DNA of 64,000 nucleotides from Glycera tridactyla (lineage: Eukaryota). The translations under genes and the position numbers were made by a program. The stretch lies in the NCBI GenBank assembly GCA_965644265.1, contig OZ286475.1:23250001-23314000 (forward strand), written 5' to 3'. Shown one piece after another: positions 13,011-26,277 of the stretch. Each line of letters starts with the position of its first letter. The first letter of the stretch is position 1. The notes under the pieces are model-generated. The model searched no databases. It was not told the origin of the DNA and worked only from the letters and a program-made list of their open reading frames with translations.

Positions 13011-16000
13011 CACAAAGTGCCACAGAGCCACGGATCAATTTTTTATCGGCCCTGATGACGCCTTTCAAATTTCCCATTAGACTACTTGAAAAAATATTAA
13101 CCACCCTCACATTCCTGTTTAAGTAGTTGGTAATCAATTAAGCTCATGATACTTGATGAAAGGGTAATTATTGCTGATGGATTGATGAGGGTCCAGTGTA
13201 ACCTTGTTATGCCAGGCTTTCTAATTCTAATTACATCTGCTCTTAACTAAGTTTAACACAAGCATTTCACTATTTGATATTTCATGAAGCTGAATTTGTT
13301 GAACCAGGGCAAGGGTGACTCCAGAATAGGGGGCCTTTGATCTGGATTGTCAGGGAACCAGGGTTTGTACAGGTCTCTCACTACAGGATTTTAATGATAC
13401 TGGATGAGTAAAACTCATTTATGAATGAAAAGTCAAGCAGGTACTGTGAAAAGTGGAAACTACATTGGATGACGGCTATGAATGTCACCAGGAAGTGATT
13501 TCAGAAAATGTTGTCTTTCAGAAGAGCGTCTTTCAACAGATAGCATTTCATTAATGTTATTCATAACAATTTATGCATATTATTGATCCAATAAATTTAT
13601 GTTTCTCTTTTCTGATCTTTGAAAAGACTACAGAAGCTGGCATCAATGTTGCTCAGTGGTCTGTTCGGGTTTTTCAACTCCTGTCTGGGACTCATCTCTT
13701 GCTTGGATCCCTCACCACATGTTTCACTGTATGACATTCATGTACAGTCCACCCGCCTCTAAAAACCACCTCTCTATTAAGACCAACTCTCTATAAAGGC
13801 CACCCTTAGCTATGACCATGGTAGTACAGCCAAACCTCATCTAAAAACCACCTCTCTATTTAGGCCACCCTGAGTTACGATCATGGTAGTATTTTCAACA
13901 GTGAATGACCTCTCTATAAAGACCACTTTTTGATGCAACCGAAGGCGGTCTTCAGACAGGTTCGACTGAACATCTTCACACCATAGAGTTACATAGTGCA
14001 TGCTGCCATCCCTCTGCTAGGTTGAAGAGATCAAGTTCTATGCTTCACATCTATACTGCATCTCACTGATTAGCAATAACCCTGGTGTGAGTTTGAGGGT
14101 GTTGAGCAGCCGTCACTTGTAATATTTCACACCCGCATCTAAACTCGTGAGCGGATCTAAACTCGTGAGCGCCTCCCGAGCAGGGGCAGAGTAGGGGCTG
14201 ACCTTGTCATCTGCAGCTGGTGGTGAAGGGCGCAGCGGAAGCTTGCTTATGACAGCTGTGATTGGAACCAGATGGCGCTTACACCCGATCCTTTACATCT
14301 CCCCCACTCAGCATATGTTATACCTTGAAAAATACTTTATTGCTATTCAAATATAGCTGTTATTTACAGGTGTATATAATCAATTTGGTGCATGCTGCGA
14401 CTTGAGACCATATCTGACGTCTTGACCAAGTACCCCCCCCCCCCCTCCCCCTGTGAATTCGCAAGCACCCAGGGCACTAATTAGGGAGAATATGGTAGTT
14501 GAGTATCCTTTGTTTAGATGCCAAATTCTGATATCAGAGCAGTTTCTCGTTGAAGGTTTCACTTTACTCTTATTTGGTGAACATTCCTGCAATACTCTGA
14601 ATAAGTCATGATTTTTCTCATAATCCCTGTTCAAATATTGTTACTCTTTAAATTGGCACTAGTTTCATTCCTATTTATCAGAGATTGACACCTGCAAGCC
14701 CCAGAAGCTGGTAAATATCTATCAAATCCAAACATGGTGGTGTATTTTTCACCAACATGTTGGCATTCGAGATCCAGTTGGTATGGCAGTCATTCTTAAG
14801 GCTTCATAAATATCTCCAACATTTAGAAATGTGATCTTGATGAATTCCAACTCCAGTCTGCTACGTGTACAGTATCAGTGGTCACCGAAAGTTCAATACA
14901 AGCCAAGCATTAATGTAACCAATGAATGTCATATTACCCAGAGAAAACACAATTAATCTGTGTTAGATCCTTTTTTCGGGGGGTCCATTTGACTGGTAAA
15001 TTTTCCCAAATGTGTCAAATTTGTCAGCCTTCCTCTGTCAATGGGGATGGAATACAATTGTTAGGGACATCTCAAACTTGTAATCACAGGACACTTGCAC
15101 ATGGTTTAGTTTGGGCATGTTTGTTAGGCTAGGGACAAGATGTGGCTTGAAAAACTTGATGAAACCCCTGCCCCACAAAAAAACAAGAGAAAAGATAATA
15201 GAATGAGCTAAGGATCCATCACATTTTCCAGTGTTTTTTATGTCAAATTTTCTCTCTTCAATTCTGGGCTCAACATAGTGAGATGTCAAAATGAGAGGGT
15301 GCAGGGCAACTGTTGCAGGCATACTATGGCCCCACGTTGCGGCGGCTGCGCTGCCAGGTGTAGCTTAGTACCTATGTGTTGCCATGGTTACTGCCTCTTC
15401 TGGTATAGTTGATAAACTCTGAAGACCCCGGCTCTTGACTGGAATGTAATCAAAGACGTGGGGTCCTCTCAAACTAGTCATATCACATGACCTGCTCGCT
15501 ATTTTTCTTCTGATCAAGATGCACTTCTCAGTCCATCCTCCCTGTCTCTCCTCCATTCTCTGTTCTACATTCCTGAAGCCACTTCCACTTGACATCCTTT
15601 CAGGCCCTCTAACATCTCTCGTCCCCGGTAGATTGCTGGGTGATTGATTGATTGAGTATTGTGCAGTGTTGTCTCACAATCAAGTGTAATGTCTCACATT
15701 TTGAAGTGTGGTGAGACAAATGTCTCACGTCATTCACACCCAAGAGCAAGCACTTGTAACATTTCTTTGATATTTGTGTAAATTGTCTCATATTTTGAAT
15801 AGTGGAGAGACAAATGTCTCACTTCAGCCATACCTCAGAGCCAACACTGATTGTGAGAAAAGATAGCCTCCAAACTGCCCAGGACAGGTAGATTTGCAAG
15901 ATGGGCAGGTAGATTTTGACATCAGGGGTGGCAGGCTCCTAACTTTCAAAATATGGCAGCCAGAGGGGTAATTTGCAGCCATTGGCTACCCCCATGTAGC

Positions 16001-16622
16001 AATAAAGAGCCTGACCTAGCATCCATTTCCAGCAACCTATTCATCGCCCTTTGCGAAGCTGAACTTTGATTCTTCAAAATTTTTTTTTGAGGAAGTGCAA
16101 GTTTCCATCTGCTTGTTATCTGAATCATCTTCTATAGTAAGAGTATCCACCGTTCTGGAACATATCCAAACCTCTCTAGAAAGACCAACTTCAGTTGCAT
16201 AAAAAAGTGGCCTTTATAGGGAGGTGGTCTTTATAGAGGTCAGTTCCTGTTGAAAATACTACCATGGTCGCTGCTCAGGGTGGCTTTATTGAGAGGTGGT
16301 CTTTAGAGGAGGTTCAACTGTATTAGCATTTGAAAAACTTACCAGCATTGTCAGGCATGGATTTACCCATTGTCTGACAATTATCTGTCTATGCCAGACA
16401 TTTGGACTCAATTGAATTTCATTCTTTACTTGAGGTGACTGAACATCTTTAGCTGAATACATGTAATAAGATATTAGTTGAAGGCTATTTGGCTAGCAAT
16501 AATCTGTCCGTTTATTCGTTCGTTCATTCATTCGTCCATCTGTTTTCCTTGTTTCAAGTACTGCGCTTTGCGTAAAAAAAAGCATAGCTATCAGACTTGA
16601 GTGTTAGCTTCCAACCAGTTAC

Positions 16623-16771
16623 ATAGTTAGATATGCCATCATCAGGTTCAATATGTCTTTTTTGTAGAGTCAGAGTTGGTAGGGGTGTGTCTGAACCATC
16701 AGCTACTTCCACTTGACAACCTTTCAGGGAGTTCCCCATCATCTTGTGTTCAGGGTTTGTGAGAGTGATGT
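16623..16771 (-). CDS. Candidate coding exon (ITLTNPEHKMMGNSLKGCQVEVADGSDTPLP...HIEPDDGISNY), paralog of 46327-46467; product unknown
   Basis: Acceptor tggtctctcccctgcag|, open frame, possible donor TAT|GTAACT; codon-level conservation with the plus-strand copy. Confidence 0.45.
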
Positions 16772-19378
16772 CTGCAGGGGAGAGACCATCTAGCTTTCAT
16801 CAACCAGGAACACACGGCATACATAATCCTGTGGGTTGATACATGCCGTTAAGCCTCAAACAAACAAACAAACAAACAAACTGTCCAACCATCCATCCAT
16901 CCATCCATCTAAATTTGCCTTTCTACGAAGACCCCTTTTCGATGCAACAAAGGGTGGTCTTTGTGGACAAGTTTGACTGTGGTAAAATGCCCTTTTGGCT
17001 AGAGATCAAGTGTTTTGTACGAGCATGTTCAAACTCATTTAGGGTGGTCTCTTGTCACCGGTTCCATGTTAATGTTGATGACATGAAATAATGAGTTGTT
17101 AAATTCTGTGAGTTGCACACGCAGTAGTCCGACTACATTAGTAGATAGGCTTGTATTGATTACGAGGCCGGCATGAATCAATCAATGGCTACCCCCTCCC
17201 CTCCACCTCCCTCCCCCTCCCCCATGTACACACCTCATTTTCAAGGCAGGCAGTAACACATTCTGCAGAGAGCTACTGCACCCATAGTCCTGCTGTCAAC
17301 CCGTGGGGAGCCATTTCAGCGGGCCCATCCTGATCCATCTGTCCTGCATGCACCCTGCCCTGGCCCAGTTGTCCATTTCATGGAATGAGTTGTTCACGCT
17401 TGANNNNNNNNNNNNNNNNNNNNNNNNNNNNNNNNNNNNNNNNNNNNNNNNNNNNNNNNNNNNNNNNNNNNNNNNNNNNNNNNNNNNNNNNNNNNNNNNN
17501 NNNNNNNNNNNNNNNNNNNNNNNNNNNNNNNNNNNNNNNNNNNNNNNNNNNNNNNNNNNNNNNNNNNNNNNNNNNNNNNNNNNNNNNNNNNNNNNNNNNN
17601 NNNNNNNNNNNNNNNNAACAGGCAGGATAATGGCAGGTGATAGTTAATTGCATTATGCATTGAGAAAGTGAAAATGACAGCTAGGGCTGGTAAAAATTGC
17701 TTTTTATTCCCCCGAACGGCACCTGAAGAAAAAAGTTTGTATGGAGTGCTGCATCTGTATGGTAAAACATGCATCAAGAGACTGCCCAGAATGTCATCAA
17801 AAAGTGATCTCCCATCAGAGGTGGTCTCTCATCAAGAAAATTGCTTCCAATATGTCCAAAGGACAGCTGAAGGAAAATGTTTCTATGGAGTGTTTCATCT
17901 ATACGTGGAAACCTGTGACAGAAGACTGCCCTAAATGTTACCAAAAAGTGAGCTCTCAAAAGAGGTGGTCTCTTATCAGAGGTATATTCAACTACAGTAT
18001 GTGAAATGGGAAAGCTGCCTTGCGGAACAAGGTTCCATTTATATCAGCGTTTTAGCTATAGCTAATCAATGAACTCAAATGCTAAAGAAAATTTTAATTT
18101 GCTAAAATGTTTTGCTAATGGCACAAAAGTGGTGGTGGTGGTTCATTGCAGATCAGCATTTCATTTATTTCATTTCTTTGGGTGAAAAAAGGCAAGAGAA
18201 ATGTATTTGGCATAAGAATGTTATTGAATTTTTATTTTGGTGTATTACTTGAATGAAATGCGTTCTGATTTCAAAAAAGTAATTTCTGAATTGCTAAGAT
18301 CGTTTCCATTTTGCTAAAATAATTCGCTAAAAGGCTTCCCATCCTAGAGTGAACCCAGCGGAAGCGGTCTCTCATCGAGGCATCTCTCATTGCAAGTTCC
18401 ACTTTACCCGCACTGTGGTGGACATGAGCTCAGAAATTTCAAACATGGACCGCGATGTAGTGATGTAAATGTTGAATGTTGATTGGATGCGGGCATCTTG
18501 AGATATGATTGAATGACATTCATCGATCTATTGATGGATGCTGACTGCTCTATAGATGGATGGACGATGCTGGAGATGATGGCGGGAGGCTGGCGTTGTT
18601 GGGAGGCAGGTTGCATTCATCGCTTCAGCATCCAATATAAACCAATTGACGTTGTCTGCAAGCATGCAAACATCACCACTGCACTCTGCCACCCATCCAC
18701 AGACTCCCCCCTCTCAATGATTATTGACTTCTCTACCTGATGTGAAGCTCAATTATTGGCATTTGACAGGACAACTTTTCATCAGAATATTCACGGTATA
18801 AATGTAGGTCAAATCTTCAGTGATATCTAGTGACATCAGTGAGACCAGAGTTTGATGCGGCTGAGCGTGGTCTTTGTAGCCAGGTTTGGCTGTATCCATA
18901 TCTGATATAATAGGACTATTGATGTTGCTAACACCAACAGAGACCAGTCACCATGGCGACATGATATCATCTTCCTAGTGATGGATGGACATGTTGTATA
19001 GTAATTGTGACTGGCAGCAGGGCGTCTAATTTACTCCAGAGGGGGTGAAAACAATTTTTGTTCTCACCTTCAGTCATTTGTAGTTGACAGTGTGTGGGTC
19101 TATCTATCATGAGGATTGATTTCAGCTGGTGAATGAAGCCTCCTGGAGTCCGACCTGGATGATTTTCCCAGCTGCACATCTCAGATTTGCTTCAATGATT
19201 CCTAATAAATACTTTGATCTCAAAGTTATCTATGCCCCGAGTTGCTCCCTAGCCAAGTTGATTCGAAACTTTCACCTCTCAATGTTGGAGAAGTGTTCAC
19301 TTATGTTTTGGATGTTCACCTGTAGTCCGAGTCATATTGAATTAGTAATGTAGATCACAGGTACATACATTTATCTTA

Positions 19379-19552
19379 CAGTGAAACCTGCGATGAGAGA
19401 CTGCGAAAATTTCACCAAACTGAGGTCTATCTAAAGAGGTGGTCTCTCATTACAGGTATGTCTGACAATTTCAGATGTAGAAGCTGTCTGTGTAAGTGGT
19501 CTCCTGTCAGAGTTGGTCTCTTGTTGAGAGGAACTCGTCGAAGGTTTCACTG
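19379..19552. mobile_element. Tc1/mariner-type MITE (B2)
   Basis: TA|CAGTGAAACCTGCGA ... TCGAAGGTTTCACTG|TA. Confidence 0.85.
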
Positions 19553-20066
19553 TACTGTTACTTAATATCGGGACATTTCACTTGGCCCAGGGGGCCATGA
19601 CCGAATTGTCCCTCTCCATGGATATGAATGGCAAAGAGAGAAAACATAATTAATTTATCTATCAAGAGGAATTTGAAGTGACCTGCTCAGTTCTGCGATC
19701 ACTGTGCCCATGTTATGCCAAGTATTCATTTACAGATCCCACCCATCCTTCAGGCAGAGGAAATCACATCAGATAGACAAAGGTCAAATTGCCCTGCCCA
19801 CCAAAAATATTAGAAGAAAAAAAACTGCCTTAGGTAATTCAGCAGCTCTCTATCTCTGCTCACCCTGTGGTTAGGTCTTCACTAATTCCTCTGAGTTCTC
19901 ACTTCCAGGTTCAGGAGGAGAGGACTTGAAAATATCTACCTGTCCAGTTTTATTTCCCATGTGTATTCCTGGCAGGTAAATGATAAGATTGAAAATTTAC
20001 CTGCCCTGGGCCGGTGGGGAGAAACTGAAATGTATGAACGAATGAGTGGACTTGCCACATCTTTGG

Positions 20067-20070
<4 letters not shown>

Positions 20071-20145
<75 letters not shown>
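20071..20145. repeat. (GT)n microsatellite
   Basis: Directly visible. Others at 4430-4612, 29170-29248, 33900-34083, 43570-43645, 61585-61700 and 63330-63590. Confidence 0.95.
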
Positions 20146-20148
<3 letters not shown>

Positions 20149-20647
20149 ACTGCATTTTGTAGGATGCACTCACCTCAGTAGAGTTCAAACTCTATGGTAA
20201 CTGCCAGCTTTGCATGTTTATAACATTAAACCAAAGACCACTTCACCTGTAGTTACTGATTACCAATAAGTTAGTCATGTGATATTGGCAACGACCTTGA
20301 CCTTCCTAGCCCATAAGGCTAATGATACTCCCACTTTCAATTAATTTTTTTTCACCAACATGGGCTTCGGTGAATTCCAGTCTGTATTGATCGCCTTTCT
20401 CTGCTACAGAATGTCTGTTTGCCTCAATTCTGAGGCAGGCATTGATGATTTTATCTTTCAAGTTGGGTGGCCCTCTGTGACTTGAGAGTGACTCTTTTGT
20501 CATGGATACTGGCTGTAATTGAGAGCAATTTGATGGATTTCTGAGTTTTGGAGGACAGCTGCAGCTGCCTATATTCTCAACAGGACAGAGCATTGTATGC
20601 TGAATATTATGGATTTTTGGTCATCAAAATCGGAGCATAAATAGTTA

Positions 20648-20913
20648 CAGGCATGTGATCGTTCCACAGATTCATGGATTTCCGGGTTTTTTATCACATA
20701 TTCTGCAATCCATGCAAGAGAGAAAGGAGCATTTTATGCTGTTTATTTCGGATTTTAGATCATGAATATCAGATAGGTGTTAGTAGTGATAGAGCACATA
20801 GTTTATATGCAGTCATAATAGCCATTAGTTAGCAGTTGTGGTGGTTTCCTGGTCCACAAAATCTTGATGAAAAGGTTTCCATGGTTTTTGGTTGTGAGCC
20901 AATCACATGCCTG
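20648..20913. mobile_element. Family A MITE with 6-bp TSD
   Basis: TIR variant CAGGCATGTGAT/ATCACATGCCTG, with the same G>C change in both TIRs; TAGTTA duplicated at 20642-20647 and 20914-20919. Confidence 0.9.
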
Positions 20914-22789
20914 TAGTTAAGGTAGAGCAGGTGATTATCCAGAATATCCAGGTGATTTAGCATGCTTGCATTGTGTCATGCATAGTATCCATTTGAAGAT
21001 GTTGGAATTTGCATGGTTTAGGAAAAGCTCCTGGCATGTCTTTTCAACCAAGAAATGCAGAACCAGGTGACTTGTATATTTCTCAAGCATATAGTTGCAA
21101 AATGCAGTGACTGCTTGTGAAAAACTGTGTCCAGAGCCAAGAAAGGACACATTATTATGTGAGATTAAATATGCCACTCACATGTGCTGGGTTACAGTCT
21201 GAGTTTTCTAGTGGTACTACTGTTAACCTGCTTGTGAGACCACCTTTATGCAAAGGCTGATTTGTGACTGATAATATTGTCTGAAGTGATCAAGTTCTCC
21301 AGAAAGACATCATGTCTTCGCCTGTGACTTGGTGGTGGTGCTGGTGGTGGTGTTGGTGGTGGCGGCAGTGGTGGGGATGGCAGGGGTGTCAGGCGTGGAA
21401 GTCAGAATTTGACCCACACCCACCTAACCCTGTTCTGTTTATAATTGCAAGAAATTGTGCCAGATACCCGCGTTTATTGCATCAAACCCAGTTACCACCT
21501 ATTTGAAGAATGACTATTTTGACGAAGAATGGGGCAGCTGATGACTAAATTGTCCAGATGAAAGATGGGAAATAAAGGGGTGGATGCTGGGACCATTGTT
21601 CGGAATTGTTTGGAGGGTGGGCGGGAGGGTGGGTGTGACTGGATGGGGCGACTGGATAATATCATGGGGTGTTGTTGGACAGTGTTGGATGGACACAGGC
21701 CTGCTTAGAACAATACGACCAGCTTTAGAACAATACAGGCATCATGTGTGTGTGGGGATGGGTGGAGGTAATGAGCAAGCCCCTCTCGTCACACAGAAAG
21801 ATGGAGGGATGATAGTCATGAGCAGCATCCCTCCCTCCCGCATCACTTCACTCAGCATCTCTTGATCTTGGCCTATATTTGGCCCATATTTGGCCTAGAT
21901 TAATTTTCACATTATTCATCCTCGAGTTTAGTGAGCACACCCCCTCCCCTGGATTATAAAGGGACAATACGGCTGGTGATCTGTTGTGAAATCAGGCATG
22001 GAGATGTATTCATCTGGATGGTAGCCATGGTAACGGCTGCCATCAGTGTAGCACTCTTGCTTCATGATCTCTCACACGACTCTCATGGTTAAGTCCTCAT
22101 GACACTGTCATTCTCTCCCTGCCTTTCTTTATTGCTCACACATGAGGATGCGCTCACTGTTGATGTGCTCACACAGACACGTGCTCACTCAGTCTGATTG
22201 CCTTTGTGCTCGTCCATGCTCTCCTCTCTCGCATTGGCTCACGAGTCACCAATCAACCAAATCCAGCCCATCATTGGATATGCTGTCTATATTCCCCCAT
22301 CAGAAATTTTTCGTTAGTGCTATCGAGCAGTATTTCCTGTAGCAGATTTGGCTGAAACTTTTGTGCTTGTTCCAGATGCATTCTTGCACAACGTCAGTTT
22401 GCCATCTCTTTTCATGACAACTGGTGTTTCAAGTTCCAGACATGAACAGTAGATTCCCTGTATGAGCTCAGATAATCCCTATCTATATTTGCTCAAACCT
22501 TATTTCCTTTCTGCCAGCTTGTGACTTTCTTCAGCCAGATGAGAGAAGCCTTGTATGCAAACTGAATAATGGCTTGCACCTGCACAGAAGTCAAACCTGT
22601 CTTGAGACGAGCACCATTGCCCACGTCGAAAATCGACCTTGGAATGTCATTGTCCCATGCATCCGTGGTTTTCTCTTCTTTTTTTTAGCACATATATGGC
22701 CTCATGTGCTCTTTTCAAACTTCATGTGCCTTTTAGCACAAAGGACAGAGTCTGGATAACCCTGATAGGGTTTGTTTAATGTATAGAAT

Positions 22790-22990
22790 AGTATAGGTGG
22801 ATGGGTGGTATCATCTCTGGGTGTTCCGAACAATGATATCACACACAAGGGAGTGCAGGTGGAGTGGTATCCCACGGGACCGGAAAGGACGTGCGGGATA
22901 CCCCTCCTCCTGCTGCACTCCCGAGGGTGTGATATCATTGTTCAGAACTCCCAGTGATGGGAATTCTTGCTTTTATACCACACTAGGATC
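22790..22990. mobile_element. Hairpin (foldback) non-autonomous element, Crypton-like (inferred)
   Basis: Arms GTTCCGAACAATGATATCACAC (22823-22844) and GTGTGATATCATTGTTCAGAAC (22927-22948), plus inner GGGAGTGCA/TGCACTCCC and GGTATCCC/GGGATACC stems. Confidence 0.6.
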
Positions 22991-23084
22991 ATCTAACACT
23001 AATTTATGATTAGTAATAACTGTGTTATTCGATCATTCACTTGCTTCCAACATGTTTGTTTCAATTTGAAACTTTCACTGGTAA

Positions 23085-23355
23085 TATCACATACCTCTTT
23101 ATCACATGGGAAACTACACTAATGTGGCATGATACTGTGGTCATCACCTGCGATGAGTATTGCGCATGATACTTCACAGCTCGGTGGGAACTACTTTCTG
23201 ACAATTTCTCCCCTAATCCATGTGATGAAAGCAAGACTTTATGACTGTGTAGTAAAAACACGGTGTGAATTTCTCCAGATGTCATGAGGCTGGTTAAATT
23301 CACATCTCGTTTGGTATTGCGTTTTTTCTTTATGGCCATATAGTCTTGCTATAAT
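23085..23355 (-). mobile_element. Family F hairpin element, inverted and partly deleted copy
   Basis: Reverse-complement match to 37845-38120 (TATAGCAAGACTATATGGCC, GCAATACCAAAC, GAAATTCACACC). Confidence 0.7.
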
Positions 23356-26208
23356 ATTTATATGTATATGAATTCAATTCAGTTTGAGGAGAAAGATTAT
23401 GAGCAGTCGGATCTGTTGACTAAATCCGCTCGGATGAAGTTGGTTGTTCATGGCGTGGTGGCTATATCGCTTGTATGATATTGTTCTTGTGCATAATGCA
23501 GATCGGGATAACAAACGATGCTACGGAGGCCGCCAATTCCCAGTGCTCTACTTCCATATCTGACCGCGTTATCAGCCTAGTAATTAACTACTGTATAAAC
23601 CCCTATCTTATCTGACCCATGGGATTCAAGTAAAATACTAGTTGCCTCCCACTTTCTATCATTTATATATGAACAATACCATTAGCTCATTTGCTACACA
23701 TTGCTTATGTTTTATAGTCAGCTTGCTTTATGCATTTGGGATGTTTTTATTTATGTTCATGATAGATCGGATGAAGATAGTATTTCTCGGGGTGTGTGNN
23801 NNNNNNNNNNNNNNNNNNNNNNNNNNNNNNNNNNNNNNNNNNNNNNNNNNNNNNNNNNNNNNNNNNNNNNNNNNNNNNNNNNNNNNNNNNNNNNNNNNNN
23901 NNNNNNNNNNNNNNNNNNNNNNNNNNNNNNNTTTGTATGTGGAAGTGTATGGAATTGTGACAAGCTCATTTCGAAGAATATTTCTCATTCGCTGAAGAAG
24001 AATACAGGTGGGTTGGAGGTGGTGACCACCCATGCTGGAATGATTATTGGAAAAAATGGTGTTGGTTCATCCCATGTTCTCCCGATAAGGACAAGTTTGA
24101 CTGTACAGCATTGAATACAGAGACCATAGATGACGGGTGGTTGCAAAAAACTTCCTCGAAAACTTTCTGAAAGCGGATCCAGAAGTGAAACAGCTGCATT
24201 GTCTCCGTCAGTGGGCTTCATACACCGACCTGGGTTCTACTCCCGGACTTAGCTACCTACATGTCAGGTGGCCTGACTTATTGTTCTGTTTTGGGATGCT
24301 CTTTATACATTCAGACATGAGGAATAGCTCTGTGAAGAGCCTGCAAACATCTGTTATGTCAGCCTCCCAGACAGTCTATGTGTAGGGATTGATGCTCAAC
24401 ATGAATCTGGATGTCCAGCTCCATCAATAAATTTGTAAGTAAGGCTTGAGCTCGGCTCGGGGCTATACACATCAAAAGGTGGTCTTTGTAGGCAGGTGAA
24501 CTTTTTATAGAGGTTGTTTACTGTTGACAATATTATCAGGGTGACAGCCGATGGTGTTTTGTTGAGAATTTGAAGCAATGAAATTGATTCAGACTACCTC
24601 AAGAAACAGGTGGACGAACATGGTGGTCTGCTCAGGTTATCAGAAGGCTGCAAGCTACATTTGAGTCAAATCATGCATCACTGATTTAGCCCCAGACTTT
24701 CAGGACTTCCGTACTCACTTACCAACACCCCTGCAAATCACCCATGGAAATACCACTAATAGTGCACTTGGGGTCAATCTGTATCATTTCTGTAGGCACA
24801 GAAAAAAACATGAAAATTGCAGTAGTGAATGGCGCCCTTTCACTCAAATATTCTGGGTGGTGGTGGTCGATGATGGTTAAAATAAATCAGAACATCAGTC
24901 ATGTTGATTGTAATCCACATTCAATATGATCAGAGGTTTGTGTCAGAAAAGTTAACACCTCTTCCTTCAAACAGTAAGCATCTGTGAAATGGCCTTTATT
25001 GTTGTCTTTATTAACTGACAACAAATTTTGAATTGGCCACTTCTGCAAAGATGCAGGTCTTGTTTATATCAAGAGAGGCATATCGGGGAATTTCACACAT
25101 TTTGTTGAGTGTGAGCACAATTGCCATGTATGGTTCTCTGAACCTGGGATTCCTGAACCAAGCCTTAGAAATCTTCAGAATGACCCAGTACCGCCTAAGC
25201 CTCTCAGACAATCAAGGGAAAATCCTGGTATCAGTTTTCTTTTCACCTCCATTCTCCTGGTGTATTTCAGCAGTCAGTACCTTGTGTGGGTCACATTGAG
25301 AGGTGCTCACTGTAAGTTACAGATAAGGGCTTTAGCTTGGATTATGGCAGGTGATGGGTTCAAGGTTATCCAAGGTCAGATGAATAAAATCTTCCCAATG
25401 AGCACCGTACTACTTGGGAAAGGCTAGCTTCGTGGCTGCCATGCTGATCATCCCTGCAGCTTGGTGTTGACAACTGAGTTATCCATTACAAGATAGAGCT
25501 TATTATCTGACATTCACTGTAGGCAGCCATGATGGATCCCATGGCAGCAAAAGACTTTCTGTTAACTCTAGAAGTCCTGCTGTTCCTGGGGAAACTGGCG
25601 GGGCAAGGATCATAGCCAAAGGATCTTGGCTAGAAGTATGTCTGTGTGTTGCCGTGTATTTTTGAACATCTAACTTTCAAAATATACTCCCTAGAAATTT
25701 TGATATACTAAAGAAAGTTGTGGATAATGGATACCCATTCTTTCTTGAAAAGTTTTAGCATTTTCACTTTGAAATCCCTATCTTGAAATCCTGGTTAAAA
25801 ACTTGAGCTGGGTCAAGAGTAATTGATTGATTAATTGATTGATTGATTGAATAACTGTTTTGACTGATGGATTTTCGTGTGTGTCTCAATAATACTTTTA
25901 CACTGTGGTGGAGTCTGATCTCCTTGGTGATGCTATTTTTAGAATGAGAGATCTAATCTAAGCATGGCATCAGCCTCTCTACATTTGGATGAATTTTGGG
26001 CCCTCCTCTGTGGATACTTGTGTATGTGCTGAAGAGCGGGACCTCTTTATAGTTCGTTTTTAATTAACAACATAGATACAAGAAGGATCCAGACTCAAGA
26101 GTGGAGCTTTCTATAACTGCCATCTGCTGGGGAGATGATGTATTTGAGGTTGGAAAAGCCGGGGCAGGCTAGCCTTTGTTGGTTTCTGCCTGCATTGTAT
26201 TTGTGCAG

Positions 26209-26277
26209 CGAGCAGACAGCCGTTTTCACACCCACTTGAACCGCAACACTACTCGCTTCTATTACCGGTTCACAGAT
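26209..26277 (+). CDS. Candidate 69-nt internal exon (RADSRFHTHLNRNTTRFYYRFTD or SRQPFSHPLEPQHYSLLLPVHR); product unknown
   Basis: Acceptor ttggtttctgcctgcattgtatttgtgcag|, donor GAT|GTAAGC, length divisible by 3, two open frames, CpG-enriched relative to the flanks. Confidence 0.4.

Noticed and set aside
12564-13137. 155-189 aa ORFs, and similar ORFs at 1952-2545, 28982-29473, 32300-32896, 33566-34770 and 62639-63441
   Set aside because: They are translations of microsatellites, SINE units or N-runs (poly-HT, CV, I, X).
15319-15357. MAPRCGGC resembling a LIM-domain start
   Set aside because: The acceptor is weak, downstream zinc ligands are absent, and the match is too short.
19440-19462. 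Fourth AG|GTATGT junction
   Set aside because: It lies inside a B2 MITE and has a short pyrimidine tract.
21325-21400. Gly-rich reading (GGGAGGGVGGGGSGG)
   Set aside because: It is a degenerate (GGT)n repeat with no splice support.
25271-25311. 41-nt exon candidate (SQYLVWVTLRGAH) with donor CACT|GTAAGT; similar CACT|GTA ends elsewhere
   Set aside because: The donor resembles a decayed Tc1 MITE terminus (GAGGTTTCACTGTA), so it cannot be separated from TE debris.
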